DNA of 39,911 nt from a virus (lineage: Duplodnaviria; Caudoviricetes). A program made the translations under genes and the position numbers. The stretch's first letter is position 1; each line of letters starts with the position of its first letter. The stretch lies in IMG/VR virus record IMGVR_UViG_3300042355_000002, positions 1 through 39,911 of that record, one strand, 5' to 3'. Positions 7,769 through 17,440 of the stretch are shown here, piece after piece. The notes beneath the pieces were generated by a model, which saw only the letters and a program-made list of their open reading frames with translations, was not told the origin of the DNA and ran no database searches.

Positions 7769-8472
7769 TGGCTACCAGCGGCACAGCGACGTTTAACCCA
7801 GACTTCGCCGAGATCGTCGAAGAGGCGTACGAGCGTGCCGGTCTGGAATTGCGAACAGGTTATGACCTGAGAACTGCCCGTCGATCCATGAACTTCATGG
7901 CTCAGGAATGGCAGAACCGGGGTATTAACCTTTGGACCGTTGAGACGGGAACCCAATCTTTGACTCCGGGCGTGTACACCTATACGATGCCCTCTGACAC
8001 CATCGACCTGATTGAGCATCAGTTGCGTATCTATGATGGCAACACCACTCAGCAGGCCGACTACAGCATGGCTCGTATTTCGGTCTCCGACTACGCCATG
8101 CTCAACAACAAGTTGACCCAAGGCCGTCCGCTTCAGATCTATGTGGATCGTCAGCGAGATGCACCGATTGTCTACTTGTGGCCGGTTCCCGATAACGTCC
8201 AGCAGTACACGCTGGCCTATTGGTACATCAGGCGTATTCAGGACGTGGGTGCTGGTGGAACCAATACCATGGATGTGCCAGCCCGATTCCTGCCTTGCTT
8301 AGTGGCAGGATTGGCCTACTACATTGCCATGAAGAAGCCTGAGGCAGCGGATCGTATTCCGTTACTCAAGTCTGAATACGAAGCGCAGTTTGAGTTGGCG
8401 GCAGGTGAAGACCGTGACAAGGCTGCTTCACGGTTCCTTCCGTACATCTCTAGCGTCACCGGAGGAGGATAA
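7768..8472 (+). CDS. Putative head-tail adaptor/connector protein
   Basis: EIVEEAYERAG...ARRSMN..EWQNRGINLW...GRPLQIY...LWPVPD...VPARFLPCLVAGLAYY; typical adaptor size and position. Confidence 0.65.
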   Translation: MATSGTATFNPDFAEIVEEAYERAGLELRTGYDLRTARRSMNFMAQEWQNRGINLWTVETGTQSLTPGVYTYTMPSDTIDLIEHQLRIYDGNTTQQADYSMARISVSDYAMLNNKLTQGRPLQIYVDRQRDAPIVYLWPVPDNVQQYTLAYWYIRRIQDVGAGGTNTMDVPARFLPCLVAGLAYYIAMKKPEAADRIPLLKSEYEAQFELAAGEDRDKAASRFLPYISSVTGGG

Positions 8473-8474
8473 CG

Positions 8475-8828
8475 GTGGCTCAGCCTTTTGCATCTGGCAA
8501 ACATGCGATTGGCTTCTGTGACATGTGCGGTTTTCAGTTTAAACTGCACCAGTTAAGGAAGGAAATCTACGATCAGATTTGGACTGGAAATCTGGTCTGT
8601 GATGAATGTTTGGACGTGGATCAACCCCAACTTCAGTTGGGCAAGATTCCGATGGATGATCCTCAGGCTTTGCAGAATGCAAGACCTGACCAGTCATTGA
8701 TTGAAAGCCGGGACATCCAGTGGGGATGGAATCCGGTTGGCGGAGCGCAGGCGTATGATGACCCACTAACCCCCAACCTCTTGGTTGCGGCTGGGGCTGT
8801 GGGAACCGTGACGGTCGCTACGAGTTAG
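8475..8828 (+). CDS. Hypothetical protein with CxxC...CxxC zinc site
   Basis: GGAGGA SD and GTG start; CDMCG...VCDEC...PQLQ...DPQAL..ARPD. Confidence 0.7.
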   Translation: MAQPFASGKHAIGFCDMCGFQFKLHQLRKEIYDQIWTGNLVCDECLDVDQPQLQLGKIPMDDPQALQNARPDQSLIESRDIQWGWNPVGGAQAYDDPLTPNLLVAAGAVGTVTVATS

Positions 8829-8835
8829 TTTAAAC

Positions 8836-9477
8836 ATGAATTACTCACAACTCTCTACGCTCATTCAGGAATACTGCCAATCGACGGAAACGTCGTTCGT
8901 GGCCAATATCCCGAACTTCGTCCAGTTGGCCGAAGAGCGGATCTATAACTCGGTCCAGATCCCGGCCCTCCGCAAGACTTCCACTGCTTCAGCGGTGATC
9001 GGCAACCAGTACATGTCGCTGCCATCAGATTGGCTGGCGACATTTTCGTTGGCGGCTATTCACCCGGTGACCAACGTCTATACGTTCCTGTTGAACAAAG
9101 ACGTGAACTTCATGCGGGAATGTTTCACTACCGCAACGACCTCGGGTGCGCCTGCGTATTACGCTGTTTGGGACAACGACACTATGTTGTTGGGTCCAAC
9201 CCCAAACCTCGCGTACACCTTGGAACTGAATTACTACTACTACCCGGTGTCCATCGTGGATGCGGGAACCTCGTGGCTCGGCACTAACTTTGAGACGGTT
9301 CTTCTCTACGGATCACTCCGTGAGGCTTACACCTATCTCAAGGGTGAGCAGGACATGGTCGCTGCCTACGAGCAGAAGTATCAAGAAGCACTGGCTCAGA
9401 TTGATCGCCTTGGCGATGGTCTGGATCGTCAGGATGCATATCGTTCAGGTCAGGTCAGACTTCCGGTGAGGACATGA
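8836..9477 (+). CDS. Second putative adaptor/tail tubular protein
   Basis: FVQLAEERI...GAPAYYA...GPTPN..YTLELNYY...LLYGSLREAY pattern of podovirus adaptor rings. Confidence 0.6.
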   Translation: MNYSQLSTLIQEYCQSTETSFVANIPNFVQLAEERIYNSVQIPALRKTSTASAVIGNQYMSLPSDWLATFSLAAIHPVTNVYTFLLNKDVNFMRECFTTATTSGAPAYYAVWDNDTMLLGPTPNLAYTLELNYYYYPVSIVDAGTSWLGTNFETVLLYGSLREAYTYLKGEQDMVAAYEQKYQEALAQIDRLGDGLDRQDAYRSGQVRLPVRT

Positions 9478-9722
9478 GTTTTACCGCCACATCAGAATTA
9501 GGGCAGGTGTTTGTTCAGACGACTGATCATCGTGGACACACCGTGGAAGAGATTGCAGAACGTGCGGCTAACCGCATCCTCAGTGTTGACTCCAAGGAAG
9601 CACTGCAGCATTGGCTAGTGAAATATCTCACCGAGGCTCAAAAGGCTGAACGTGAGTCGATCTGTAAGAAACTGAATCAAAAAGGCTATGCGGAAATCGC
9701 ACACTTAATTGGAGACCTCTAA
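9474..9722 (+). CDS. Hypothetical protein (82 aa)
   Basis: ATGA and TAATG coupling on both sides; VQTTDHRGHTVEEIAERA. Confidence 0.65.
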   Translation: MSFTATSELGQVFVQTTDHRGHTVEEIAERAANRILSVDSKEALQHWLVKYLTEAQKAERESICKKLNQKGYAEIAHLIGDL

Positions 9723-10177
9723 TGGCTATATCTCAAGCAATGGTGACTTCGTTCAAGGTGGAAATCCTGAACGGCATTCACGCATTTGGTTCCGCTGTCA
9801 TTCGTGCCACTGCCGCCCCTGACGTATTTAAACTGGCTCTCTATACGTCATCGGCTACGCTCGGCGCTGCGACCACGGCTTACACCACCTCGGATGAAGT
9901 CTCGTCCTCTGGTACGAACTACACCGCTGGCGGTTTGACGCTGACGGTATCGCAGGTTCCGACATCGACTGGCACGACGGCGTTCTTGGACTTCGACGAT
10001 CTGACGTTCCCATCAGCAACGCTGACGGCTCGTGGCGCTTTGATCTACAACGCGACCCAGAGCAACAAGGCGGTGGCAGTTCTGGACTTCGGTTCGGATA
10101 AGACTTCGACCGCTGGTAACTTTACGATCCAGTTCCCGACACCCAACTCTACGTCCGCGATCCTCCGTATTGCCTAA
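9722..10177 (+). CDS. Tail structural protein (151 aa)
   Basis: SFKVEILNG.H...FKLALYT...YTAGG..L...ARGALIYN...AVAVLDFGSDKTST.GNFTIQFP; strong codon bias. Confidence 0.7.
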   Translation: MAISQAMVTSFKVEILNGIHAFGSAVIRATAAPDVFKLALYTSSATLGAATTAYTTSDEVSSSGTNYTAGGLTLTVSQVPTSTGTTAFLDFDDLTFPSATLTARGALIYNATQSNKAVAVLDFGSDKTSTAGNFTIQFPTPNSTSAILRIA

Positions 10178-10189
10178 GAGGGTGTTTAA

Positions 10190-11488
10190 ATGGCCCTCGT
10201 ACTTGCTGATCGCGTCCTAGAAACCACTACCACCACAGGTAGTGGAACCATTTCGCTTGCCGGTGCGAGTGTCGGATATCAAGGCTTTTCAACTGGCGTT
10301 GGTAACGGAAACCAAACCTATTACACCATAGCCCTTGAAGGTGGCTCGGAATGGGAAGTGGGTATTGGAACCTACACCTCCGTAAGTGATTTGCTGTCTC
10401 GTGATACGGTCTTAGCCTCTAGTGCAAGCGGAGCGAAGGTCACTTTCTCCGCAGGCGTTAAACAGGTCTTTGTTACTTACCCTGCTGGCAAGTCTGTCTT
10501 CTTTACGCAGTCAGGTACGATCAGTGCTTCATCTGGCAGGATTACAAACGTCGCTGCACCTGAAGCGGCTACTGATGCGGCAAATAGAGAATATGTAGAT
10601 AACTTAGCCGCCGCTGCGATCCACGTTCACACTAATGTTGTCTTGGCGACTCCAGCCAGTACTGGACGAACGGATACTTACAACAACGGCACGGCGGGTG
10701 TCAGTGCAACTCTGACGGCTACGGCCAACGGAACTTTGGTCATTGACAGCACGGTGGCTCAAGCCGCGCAGCGTGTTTTGATCAAGGACTGCACGAACCA
10801 AATTGGTAACGGCATCTACGTTGTTACGACGGTAGGCAATGGGTCTACCCAGTACGTCATGACCCGTTCCGATGACGCTGACACTTACGGTGAAGGTGGA
10901 TCTAACTCGCTTGACGAAGGTAGTTATTTCTTCGTTTCAGGCGGTACGTCTCAGAAGGGCGCTGCTTACGTCTGTAATACGCCGGGAATTATTGTCTTCG
11001 GCTCAACCAATATTACCTTTGCCGAGTTTAGTCAATCTCAGGTGTATCAGGCTGGAACCGGGATTGATATCACCAACACCACAATCTCATTGCAGACTCC
11101 GGTTGCAGTGGCAAATGGTGGTACGGGAACTGGGTCAACGCCTACCGACGGTCAGTTACTGACCGGCAATGGATCAGGTTTTAGTTTAAACACTCTTAAG
11201 TCTGGCACCGGAATCAGCGTTGCTAATGCGCCGGGTTCAATCACGATATCGGCAACCAGCGTTACTGGCCCGATTTTAGAATCAGAAATCACGATTGACG
11301 AAAACTACACCATCAGCACTGGCAAGAATGGTTTGAGTGTTGGACCTGTCACTATTGCGTCGGGTTACAACGTCACGGTTCCAGCAGGACAGACTTGGGT
11401 AGTTTTGAATCAAGCGTCTGGCAGCGGTGCCGGTACGATAGCAACGGTTGGAAAGGCAATCGCAATGTCGATTGTGTTCGGAGGTTGA
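10190..11488 (+). CDS. Tail fibre/appendage protein (432 aa)
   Basis: MALVLADRVLETTTTTG N-terminal anchor; ITNVAAPEAATDAANREYVD neck motif; RVLIKD...NGIYVV; VANGGTG; SVGPVTIASG..VTVPAG. Confidence 0.7.
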   Translation: MALVLADRVLETTTTTGSGTISLAGASVGYQGFSTGVGNGNQTYYTIALEGGSEWEVGIGTYTSVSDLLSRDTVLASSASGAKVTFSAGVKQVFVTYPAGKSVFFTQSGTISASSGRITNVAAPEAATDAANREYVDNLAAAAIHVHTNVVLATPASTGRTDTYNNGTAGVSATLTATANGTLVIDSTVAQAAQRVLIKDCTNQIGNGIYVVTTVGNGSTQYVMTRSDDADTYGEGGSNSLDEGSYFFVSGGTSQKGAAYVCNTPGIIVFGSTNITFAEFSQSQVYQAGTGIDITNTTISLQTPVAVANGGTGTGSTPTDGQLLTGNGSGFSLNTLKSGTGISVANAPGSITISATSVTGPILESEITIDENYTISTGKNGLSVGPVTIASGYNVTVPAGQTWVVLNQASGSGAGTIATVGKAIAMSIVFGG

Positions 11489-11492
11489 TGAG

Positions 11493-11867
11493 ATGGCGAA
11501 TCCAAATATTGTCAGCGTTTCCGCAATCTACGGGAACAATTCACTGACATCACTATCTACCACGAACGCAACGGCTATCGTGAACAACGCTGCATCTAGC
11601 GGCAAGGTCTTCAAGATCAATAGCATCATTGTGGCGAACGTGGATGGTACAAGCGCGGCAGATATTTCGATCAATGTCTACAGTCAGGATGACCTAGGCG
11701 GCACGGCTTACGCGCTGGCTTCTACAGTGTCGGTTCCTGCTGATGCGACGTTGGTAGTAATCGACAAGAACACTTCGATCTACTTGAAGGAAGATCAATC
11801 TATTGGTGCGACGGCTGCGACGGCCAGCGATCTTGTTGTCATCGCTTCTTGGGAAGAGATCAACTAA
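11493..11867 (+). CDS. Tail-associated beta protein (124 aa)
   Basis: GGAGG SD; MANPNIV...KINSIIVANVDG...VPADATL...IYLKEDQSI. Confidence 0.7.
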   Translation: MANPNIVSVSAIYGNNSLTSLSTTNATAIVNNAASSGKVFKINSIIVANVDGTSAADISINVYSQDDLGGTAYALASTVSVPADATLVVIDKNTSIYLKEDQSIGATAATASDLVVIASWEEIN

Positions 11868-13528
11868 TGACCCTGCGATATACAGGCGGAGTCATACGAG
11901 CGGCTGCGCCTACAGTTAATTCTACTTCTGCGAAGGGAGTTTGGTTAATGAGCCAAGTTCTTCCCTATCGTGCCGCTAATACTTGGCCCGGTCAGCCAGC
12001 GCCTATTATTCAAACCTTCCTTGCTTCCGGTACTTGGACGGCTCCGAGTGGTGTAAGTGAGGTTGAATACCTTGTGGTCGCGGGTGGAGGTGGCGGTGGA
12101 GGTAATGCTGCTGGCGGTGGCGGTGCAGGTGGGTTCCGTACTGGCACAGGTTTATCTGTAACCGCCGGAACTGACTACACAATCACGGTAGGTGGAGGCG
12201 GCACCGCTGGGCAAGGAGGAAATCCGGGATCAAATTCTGGTGGAAAAGGGAATGATTCGATATTTAGCACCATTACATCTACTGGCGGCGGACTAGGTGG
12301 TGGCGGACCCGGCCCATCATTAGCCGCTGGCGGCTCAGGCGGTTCAGGCGGCGGTGGGCAAGTTGGCGCATTAGGCGGAAGTGGAAACACTCCAAGTACT
12401 TCTCCGTCTCAAGGAAATAACGGCGGCGCTGGATTAACTCCTGCCAATCCATTCAATGGTGGAGGTGGTGGTGGAGCAAGTGCTGTCGGAGCGACTGCTC
12501 TTTCTGGCGGTGGCGGCAATGGTGGCGCAGGCACGGCCTCTAGTATTTCTGGCTCATCAGTAACCTATGCAGGTGGCGGCGGTGGCGGTGCAGATCAGTC
12601 ACCCAAAACTATAGGAACTGGCGGGGCAGGTGGGGGCGGTAATGGTGGTCAAGGATCAGCAAGTGTTCCCGGTGGCGCTGGTGTTGCAGGTACTACTAAT
12701 ACTGGCGGTGGCGGGGGCGGAGGCGGTTCAAATTTTGGTTTTGGCGGCGCAGGCGGCTCCGGTATTGTTGTTCTTAAATATAATGCGCTAACAACATCAG
12801 TATTTATTTTTAAATCTACTGCCAAATGGGTAGCCCCAACCGGTGCTGTCAGCGTTGATTACCTCGTTGTTGCTGGCGGTGGCGGGGGTGGTGGCGGCAA
12901 CGCTTCGTACAACGGTGGTGGTGCGGGCGCTGGCGGGTTCCGTACTGGAACAGCATTAAGTATTACAGCCGGAACTGAATACACTATTACAGTAGGGTCA
13001 GGTGGTGCAGCAAACGCTAACGGATCAGACTCTGTATTTAGCACCATCACTTCAACCGGCGGGGGCAAAGGCGGTCAGAGTAATACCGTTGGTGCTGGAA
13101 CCGGTGGCTCTGGTGGTGGCGGCGCATCGACGCAACCGGGTGCTAATGGTAACACCCCGTCAACTTCTCCATCTCAAGGCAATAACGGCGGTTTAGGTCA
13201 AAGTGTAGGCCCCTTTGCTGCTGGTGGCGGCGGTGGCGCTTCGGAGGCCGGAAACACAGACGGAAACGGTTACGGTGGTGACGGTACTGCGTCATCTATT
13301 TCTGGTGGCAGTGTGTTTTACGCTGGTGGCGGTGCTGGTTCGTCTAACGCTCCCGGCAGCAATTTGCCCGGTGGTGATGGCGGTGGCGGTGCCGGTGGTT
13401 ATGGCTCTGGTACAACTACTGGAACGGCTGGCACAGCAAATACCGGAGGTGGAGGTGGTGGCGCTAATGGTGCGGCTGCTGCTGGCGCTGGCGGTTCCGG
13501 TATCGTGATCCTAAAAGTAAACTATTAA
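11867..13528 (+). CDS. Glycine-rich virion protein with two Gly-rich domains
   Basis: TAATG coupling; two units starting YLVVAGGGGGG and ending GGSGIV(V/I)LK. Confidence 0.8.
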   Translation: MTLRYTGGVIRAAAPTVNSTSAKGVWLMSQVLPYRAANTWPGQPAPIIQTFLASGTWTAPSGVSEVEYLVVAGGGGGGGNAAGGGGAGGFRTGTGLSVTAGTDYTITVGGGGTAGQGGNPGSNSGGKGNDSIFSTITSTGGGLGGGGPGPSLAAGGSGGSGGGGQVGALGGSGNTPSTSPSQGNNGGAGLTPANPFNGGGGGGASAVGATALSGGGGNGGAGTASSISGSSVTYAGGGGGGADQSPKTIGTGGAGGGGNGGQGSASVPGGAGVAGTTNTGGGGGGGGSNFGFGGAGGSGIVVLKYNALTTSVFIFKSTAKWVAPTGAVSVDYLVVAGGGGGGGGNASYNGGGAGAGGFRTGTALSITAGTEYTITVGSGGAANANGSDSVFSTITSTGGGKGGQSNTVGAGTGGSGGGGASTQPGANGNTPSTSPSQGNNGGLGQSVGPFAAGGGGGASEAGNTDGNGYGGDGTASSISGGSVFYAGGGAGSSNAPGSNLPGGDGGGGAGGYGSGTTTGTAGTANTGGGGGGANGAAAAGAGGSGIVILKVNY

Positions 13529-16500
13529 AGGTTTGAGGTTTTGAAATGGCTAACGTAATCAATGCCCAAAACGGGATCGTATCGACCGCAGATTCAACGT
13601 CTGAGTTAAACATTCAGACAGGCGGTGCAACGGCCATTTCAATCGGGTCGGGTCAGTCTGTTGTCATCTCTAACTTATCTGACTCGGTTGGCAACCTTCG
13701 CAACATTCCATCAGCCGGTGCAGCCAAAACTTCTGCATATACCCTCACCATCTCTGATATCGGTGAGTTCGTTACGGTTGGAACCAGCGGCAGTATCACG
13801 GTCGTCAATGATGTGTTTAGTGCAGGCAACGCTGTCTCTATCTACAACAACACATCTGGCAACGTCACACTGACCATGAGCATCACGACGGCTTACATTG
13901 CGGGAACCGATTCCGATAAAGCCACGATGACTCTGGCAACTCGGGGTCTGGCGACACTGCTATTCTTGTCTGCTTCAGCCGTGGTTGTTACGGGGAACGT
14001 CACCTAATGTCCGGCATCATGATGCTTTTGCTGGCGCGTGTCGTCGGCACTAGATATGTTGAAGTCAAAACCTTCACGACTTCAGGCTCGTGGGTGGCTC
14101 CTACTGGCGTGAGTGAAGTTGAATACCTTGTTGTTGCTGGTGGTGGCGGTGGTGGAAATAACGGCGGCGGCGGCGGTGCCGGTGGGTTCCGAACTGGTAC
14201 TGGGTTTAGCGTAAGTGCCGGTACGTCTTACACCATTACGGTTGGCGGCGGTGGCGCTGCTGGCAGTACAGGCGCACCAACTTACGCATCAGGCGCTCAA
14301 GGATCAAACTCTGTATTTTCTACAATTACCGCAGATGGCGGCGGGTCTGGTGGCGGCGCTCCTTCTAATGGCGGCAATGGTGGCTCTGGTGGTGGAGGTG
14401 GATGGGGAATAGGAAATACCACTGGGGGATCAGGCAATACTCCTAGCACATCACCATCGCAAGGTAACAATGGCGGAAACGGAACTGTTTCAGGAAATAA
14501 TGGCGGCGGAGGCGGTGGTGGGGCTAATGCCGTTGGTGGTAACGGTTCTGGCAACGCTCCTGTTAGCCAAGTTGGTGGCAATGGTGGTGCTGGCACAGCA
14601 TCATCAATTTCTGGCGGCTCCGTAACTTACGCGGGCGGTGGCGGTGGCGGTGGGTACGTTACTGGAGGAACAGGTGGTTCTGGCGGTGGCGGTAACGGCG
14701 GCACAAATGGAAATATAGGTGCTTCTGGAACTGCAAATACTGGCGGTGGCGCAGGCGGTGGTGGCGGCGGCGGCAATGCAGGCGGCGCGGGCGGCTCCGG
14801 CATCGTCATTCTTCGCTACGCAGTACCTGTTCAGACCGTAGTTCAGTCCTTCACTGCATCCGGAATCTTTGTTCCGCCGACTGGTGTGAGCGAGGTTGAA
14901 TATCTCGTTGTTGCGGGTGGTGGTGGCGGTGGCGGCGCTACTGCCGCTGCTGGGGGCGGAGCAGGTGGATTTAGAACCGGCACCGGATTTTCCGTAACCG
15001 CCGGAACTTCTTACACCATTACGGTTGGGGGAGGCGGCGCTGGCGGCCCCGGTGGTGGAGGCATCACGCCATATCAAGGAACAACCGGCAGCAATTCTGT
15101 TTTCAGCACTATTACTTCTGCTGGTGGCGGCGGTGGTGGTGGAGACGGCGCGGTTACGTCTGGACTAAATGGTGGTTCAGGCGGTGGCGCTGGTGGCTCC
15201 AGCAGCATCACAACGACAGCAGGGAATGGAAACACCCCGTCTGTATCGCCAAGCCAAGGGAATAACGGCGGTAATAACGGTGGCAACATCGCGTCGCCTT
15301 ATCCTGCTGGCGGCGGCGGTGGGGCTAGTGCCGTTGGCGGTAGCGGAACTCCATCTGCTTCTGGAAGCGGCGGTAACGGTACTGCATCAACAATTTCTGG
15401 CTCGTCCGTAACTTACGCTGGCGGCGGCGGTGGATCGTCAAATTACGGCGGCACCGTTGGAAGCGGTGGTACAGGCGGTGGTGGAGCGGGGAATGCAAGC
15501 GGCACGGGAACCGCTGGAACTGCAAACACCGGAGGCGGCGGTGGCGGTGGATCAAGAATTACCCCAAGTTACGGCACTGGCGGAGCAGGCGGCTCTGGCA
15601 TCGTCCTTATCAAGTACACACTGGGTACTGCTTCGATCCTGACGTTCAACTCAACCACCAACTTTGTGATGCCTGCTGGCGTGACGAGCGTGGACTACCT
15701 CGTGGTTGCGGGTGGTGGTGGAGGTGGAAAAGATAACGGCGGTGGTGGTGGCGCTGGAGGTATGCGTACCGGAACGGGTTTAACCGTTACACCGGGTTCT
15801 ACCTACACTATCACTGTTGGAGGCGGCGGTACTGCCGCAACAGGTCCGGCTCCAAATTCCCGTGGAGGTAATGGCGGTAATTCCGTATTCAGTACCATCA
15901 CTTCTACTGGTGGAGGCGGCGGCGGCGGTCAAGGAACCGTAGCCGGTGCAGACGGTGGCTCCGGCGGAGGCGGCGGAAATAGTGCAAATGGAGGCGCAGG
16001 TAATACTCCAAGTACATTTCCTTCTCAAGGAAGTAATGGGGGTAACGGCGCTGGATCGCCTAATTTCCCCGGTGGTGGAGGTGGCGGTGCCTCTGCTGTT
16101 GGTAGCGCCCCTGCTGGTTCTGGCACTGGAGGCAATGGCGGAAACGGGACCGCATCTAGTATTTCTGGTGGAAGCGTTACTTATGCCGGAGGTGGTGGTG
16201 GTGCTACCAATGGCCCAACAGGGGGCACTGGAGGATCAGGCGGTGGCGGTACTGGAGGAGTAATTTCTAGCACTGCTGGTGTTGCCGGAACTGCCAATAC
16301 TGGCGGCGGTGGCGGCGGCGGCACAATCAACACTAATGCAGCAGCAGGCGGCTCCGGCGTAGTCATCCTGAAGTTGAACTTTGGGAACTACCTGCTTTAC
16401 ACCTTCACTTCGACGCAATCGTGGACGGCTCCGGCTGGTGCGGTGAGCGTTGACTACCTCGTTGTTGCGGGGGGTGGTGGAGGCGCTGCGGGTGGCGGTG

Positions 16501-17189
16501 GTGCGGGAGGTTTCCGCACGGGCACCGCGTTAAGTATTACTGCTGGAACCGATTACACAATAACAGTCGGCGCAGGCGGCAATGGAGGGCAAGGTGGCCT
16601 TGCTGCTCCTGTAACGCAAGCGGCATCTGGCAACGATTCCGTATTTAGCACTATTACATCAACGGGTGGCGGCCGAGGAAGTCGTATTGGCGACGTCACT
16701 TCGCCTGCTGGCGGAGATGCAGGAAACGGTGGCTCCGGTGGCGGTGGTGGTGGATGGTCTGGTGGCACAAGCCCCGGAGGTTCTGGAAACACCCCATCTG
16801 TAAGTCCGTCACAAGGGTCAAACGGCGGATCAAATGGCGGCGCAACCGCTTCGCCTTATCCTGCTGGTGGTGGCGGCGGAGCATCAGCGACCGGAGGCAA
16901 CGGCAGCGGGTCAACCGGTGGAAACGGCGGTAATGGGTCTGCATCATCTATTTCCGGCAGCAGCGTTACCTATGCTGGTGGCGGTGGTGGATCAACATTT
17001 AACGCCGGAACGCCCGGAACTGGCGGTTCTGGTGGTGGTGGAAATGCCGGAACCGCGCCAAGTGGAAATGGAACCAATGGAACGGCCAACACCGGAGGCG
17101 GTGGTGGCGGTGCGGGCGGAAATGTGCCGAGTGCTGGCGGAACCGGCGGCGCAGGTGGTTCAGGTATCGTAATTCTCAAGGTGAATTTC
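12007..17189 (+). repeat. Six dispersed copies of a roughly 0.75-0.8 kb Gly-rich domain
   Basis: Approximate units: 12007-12782, 12800-13525, 14056-14820, 14836-15617, 15636-16380, 16390-17189. Shared blocks YLVVAGG, GG(F/M)RTGT, YTITVG, FSTIT, GNTPS.(S/F)PSQG, YAGGG, NTGGG and GGSG.V. Confidence 0.85.
13546..14007 (+). CDS. Tail fibre-associated protein (153 aa)
   Basis: GAGG SD; DSVGNLRNIP...AYTLTISDIG...FSAGNAVSIYN; TAATG coupling to the next gene. Confidence 0.65.
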   Translation: MANVINAQNGIVSTADSTSELNIQTGGATAISIGSGQSVVISNLSDSVGNLRNIPSAGAAKTSAYTLTISDIGEFVTVGTSGSITVVNDVFSAGNAVSIYNNTSGNVTLTMSITTAYIAGTDSDKATMTLATRGLATLLFLSASAVVVTGNVT

Positions 17190-17192
17190 TAA
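14007..17192 (+). CDS. Large glycine-rich virion protein with four Gly-rich domains (1061 aa)
   Basis: Four tandem units of about 250-270 aa with the same scaffold as 11867-13528. Confidence 0.8.
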   Translation: MSGIMMLLLARVVGTRYVEVKTFTTSGSWVAPTGVSEVEYLVVAGGGGGGNNGGGGGAGGFRTGTGFSVSAGTSYTITVGGGGAAGSTGAPTYASGAQGSNSVFSTITADGGGSGGGAPSNGGNGGSGGGGGWGIGNTTGGSGNTPSTSPSQGNNGGNGTVSGNNGGGGGGGANAVGGNGSGNAPVSQVGGNGGAGTASSISGGSVTYAGGGGGGGYVTGGTGGSGGGGNGGTNGNIGASGTANTGGGAGGGGGGGNAGGAGGSGIVILRYAVPVQTVVQSFTASGIFVPPTGVSEVEYLVVAGGGGGGGATAAAGGGAGGFRTGTGFSVTAGTSYTITVGGGGAGGPGGGGITPYQGTTGSNSVFSTITSAGGGGGGGDGAVTSGLNGGSGGGAGGSSSITTTAGNGNTPSVSPSQGNNGGNNGGNIASPYPAGGGGGASAVGGSGTPSASGSGGNGTASTISGSSVTYAGGGGGSSNYGGTVGSGGTGGGGAGNASGTGTAGTANTGGGGGGGSRITPSYGTGGAGGSGIVLIKYTLGTASILTFNSTTNFVMPAGVTSVDYLVVAGGGGGGKDNGGGGGAGGMRTGTGLTVTPGSTYTITVGGGGTAATGPAPNSRGGNGGNSVFSTITSTGGGGGGGQGTVAGADGGSGGGGGNSANGGAGNTPSTFPSQGSNGGNGAGSPNFPGGGGGGASAVGSAPAGSGTGGNGGNGTASSISGGSVTYAGGGGGATNGPTGGTGGSGGGGTGGVISSTAGVAGTANTGGGGGGGTINTNAAAGGSGVVILKLNFGNYLLYTFTSTQSWTAPAGAVSVDYLVVAGGGGGAAGGGGAGGFRTGTALSITAGTDYTITVGAGGNGGQGGLAAPVTQAASGNDSVFSTITSTGGGRGSRIGDVTSPAGGDAGNGGSGGGGGGWSGGTSPGGSGNTPSVSPSQGSNGGSNGGATASPYPAGGGGGASATGGNGSGSTGGNGGNGSASSISGSSVTYAGGGGGSTFNAGTPGTGGSGGGGNAGTAPSGNGTNGTANTGGGGGGAGGNVPSAGGTGGAGGSGIVILKVNF

Positions 17193-17440
17193 TGAAAGCG
17201 TATCAAATCATGGGTATTGACACTGCGATGCACTTGCTTCGTCCGGGTGCGAAGTGGGAAATCAGCAATTGTGAGATCACGCGATGGGAAGATCCGCGTC
17301 CGAAACCCTCGTGGGAAGAGATCATGTTCACGATTGAAAAGATCAAAGAACTGGAAGATGCAGTTCCCACGATCCTGTTGCCGGAGCAGCAGAAGGCTTT
17401 TGACGAGTACGCCAAACAAATCGAACAGGCGGCTGCATGA
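17192..17440 (+). CDS. XkdW-like tail fibre chaperone/assembly protein
   Basis: AMHLLRPGAKW...RWEDPRPKPSWEEI pattern; directly after the fibre gene. Confidence 0.55.
   Translation: MKAYQIMGIDTAMHLLRPGAKWEISNCEITRWEDPRPKPSWEEIMFTIEKIKELEDAVPTILLPEQQKAFDEYAKQIEQAAA

Noticed and set aside
1190-11866. Upstream alternative starts in the ORF track (1190, 6369, 6463, 11448, 11849)
   Set aside because: Downstream ATG/GTG starts (1202, 6378, 6547, 11493, 11867) have proper SD spacing or stop-start coupling.
12175-17179. Poly-proline minus-strand ORFs over the Gly-rich genes
   Set aside because: They are a direct consequence of GGN codon runs on the + strand.
11867-17192. Diversity-generating retroelement or CRISPR-like array explaining the repeats
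   Set aside because: There is no reverse transcriptase, no template/variable pair differing only at adenines, and no identical direct repeats with spacers; the repeats are diverged coding domains.
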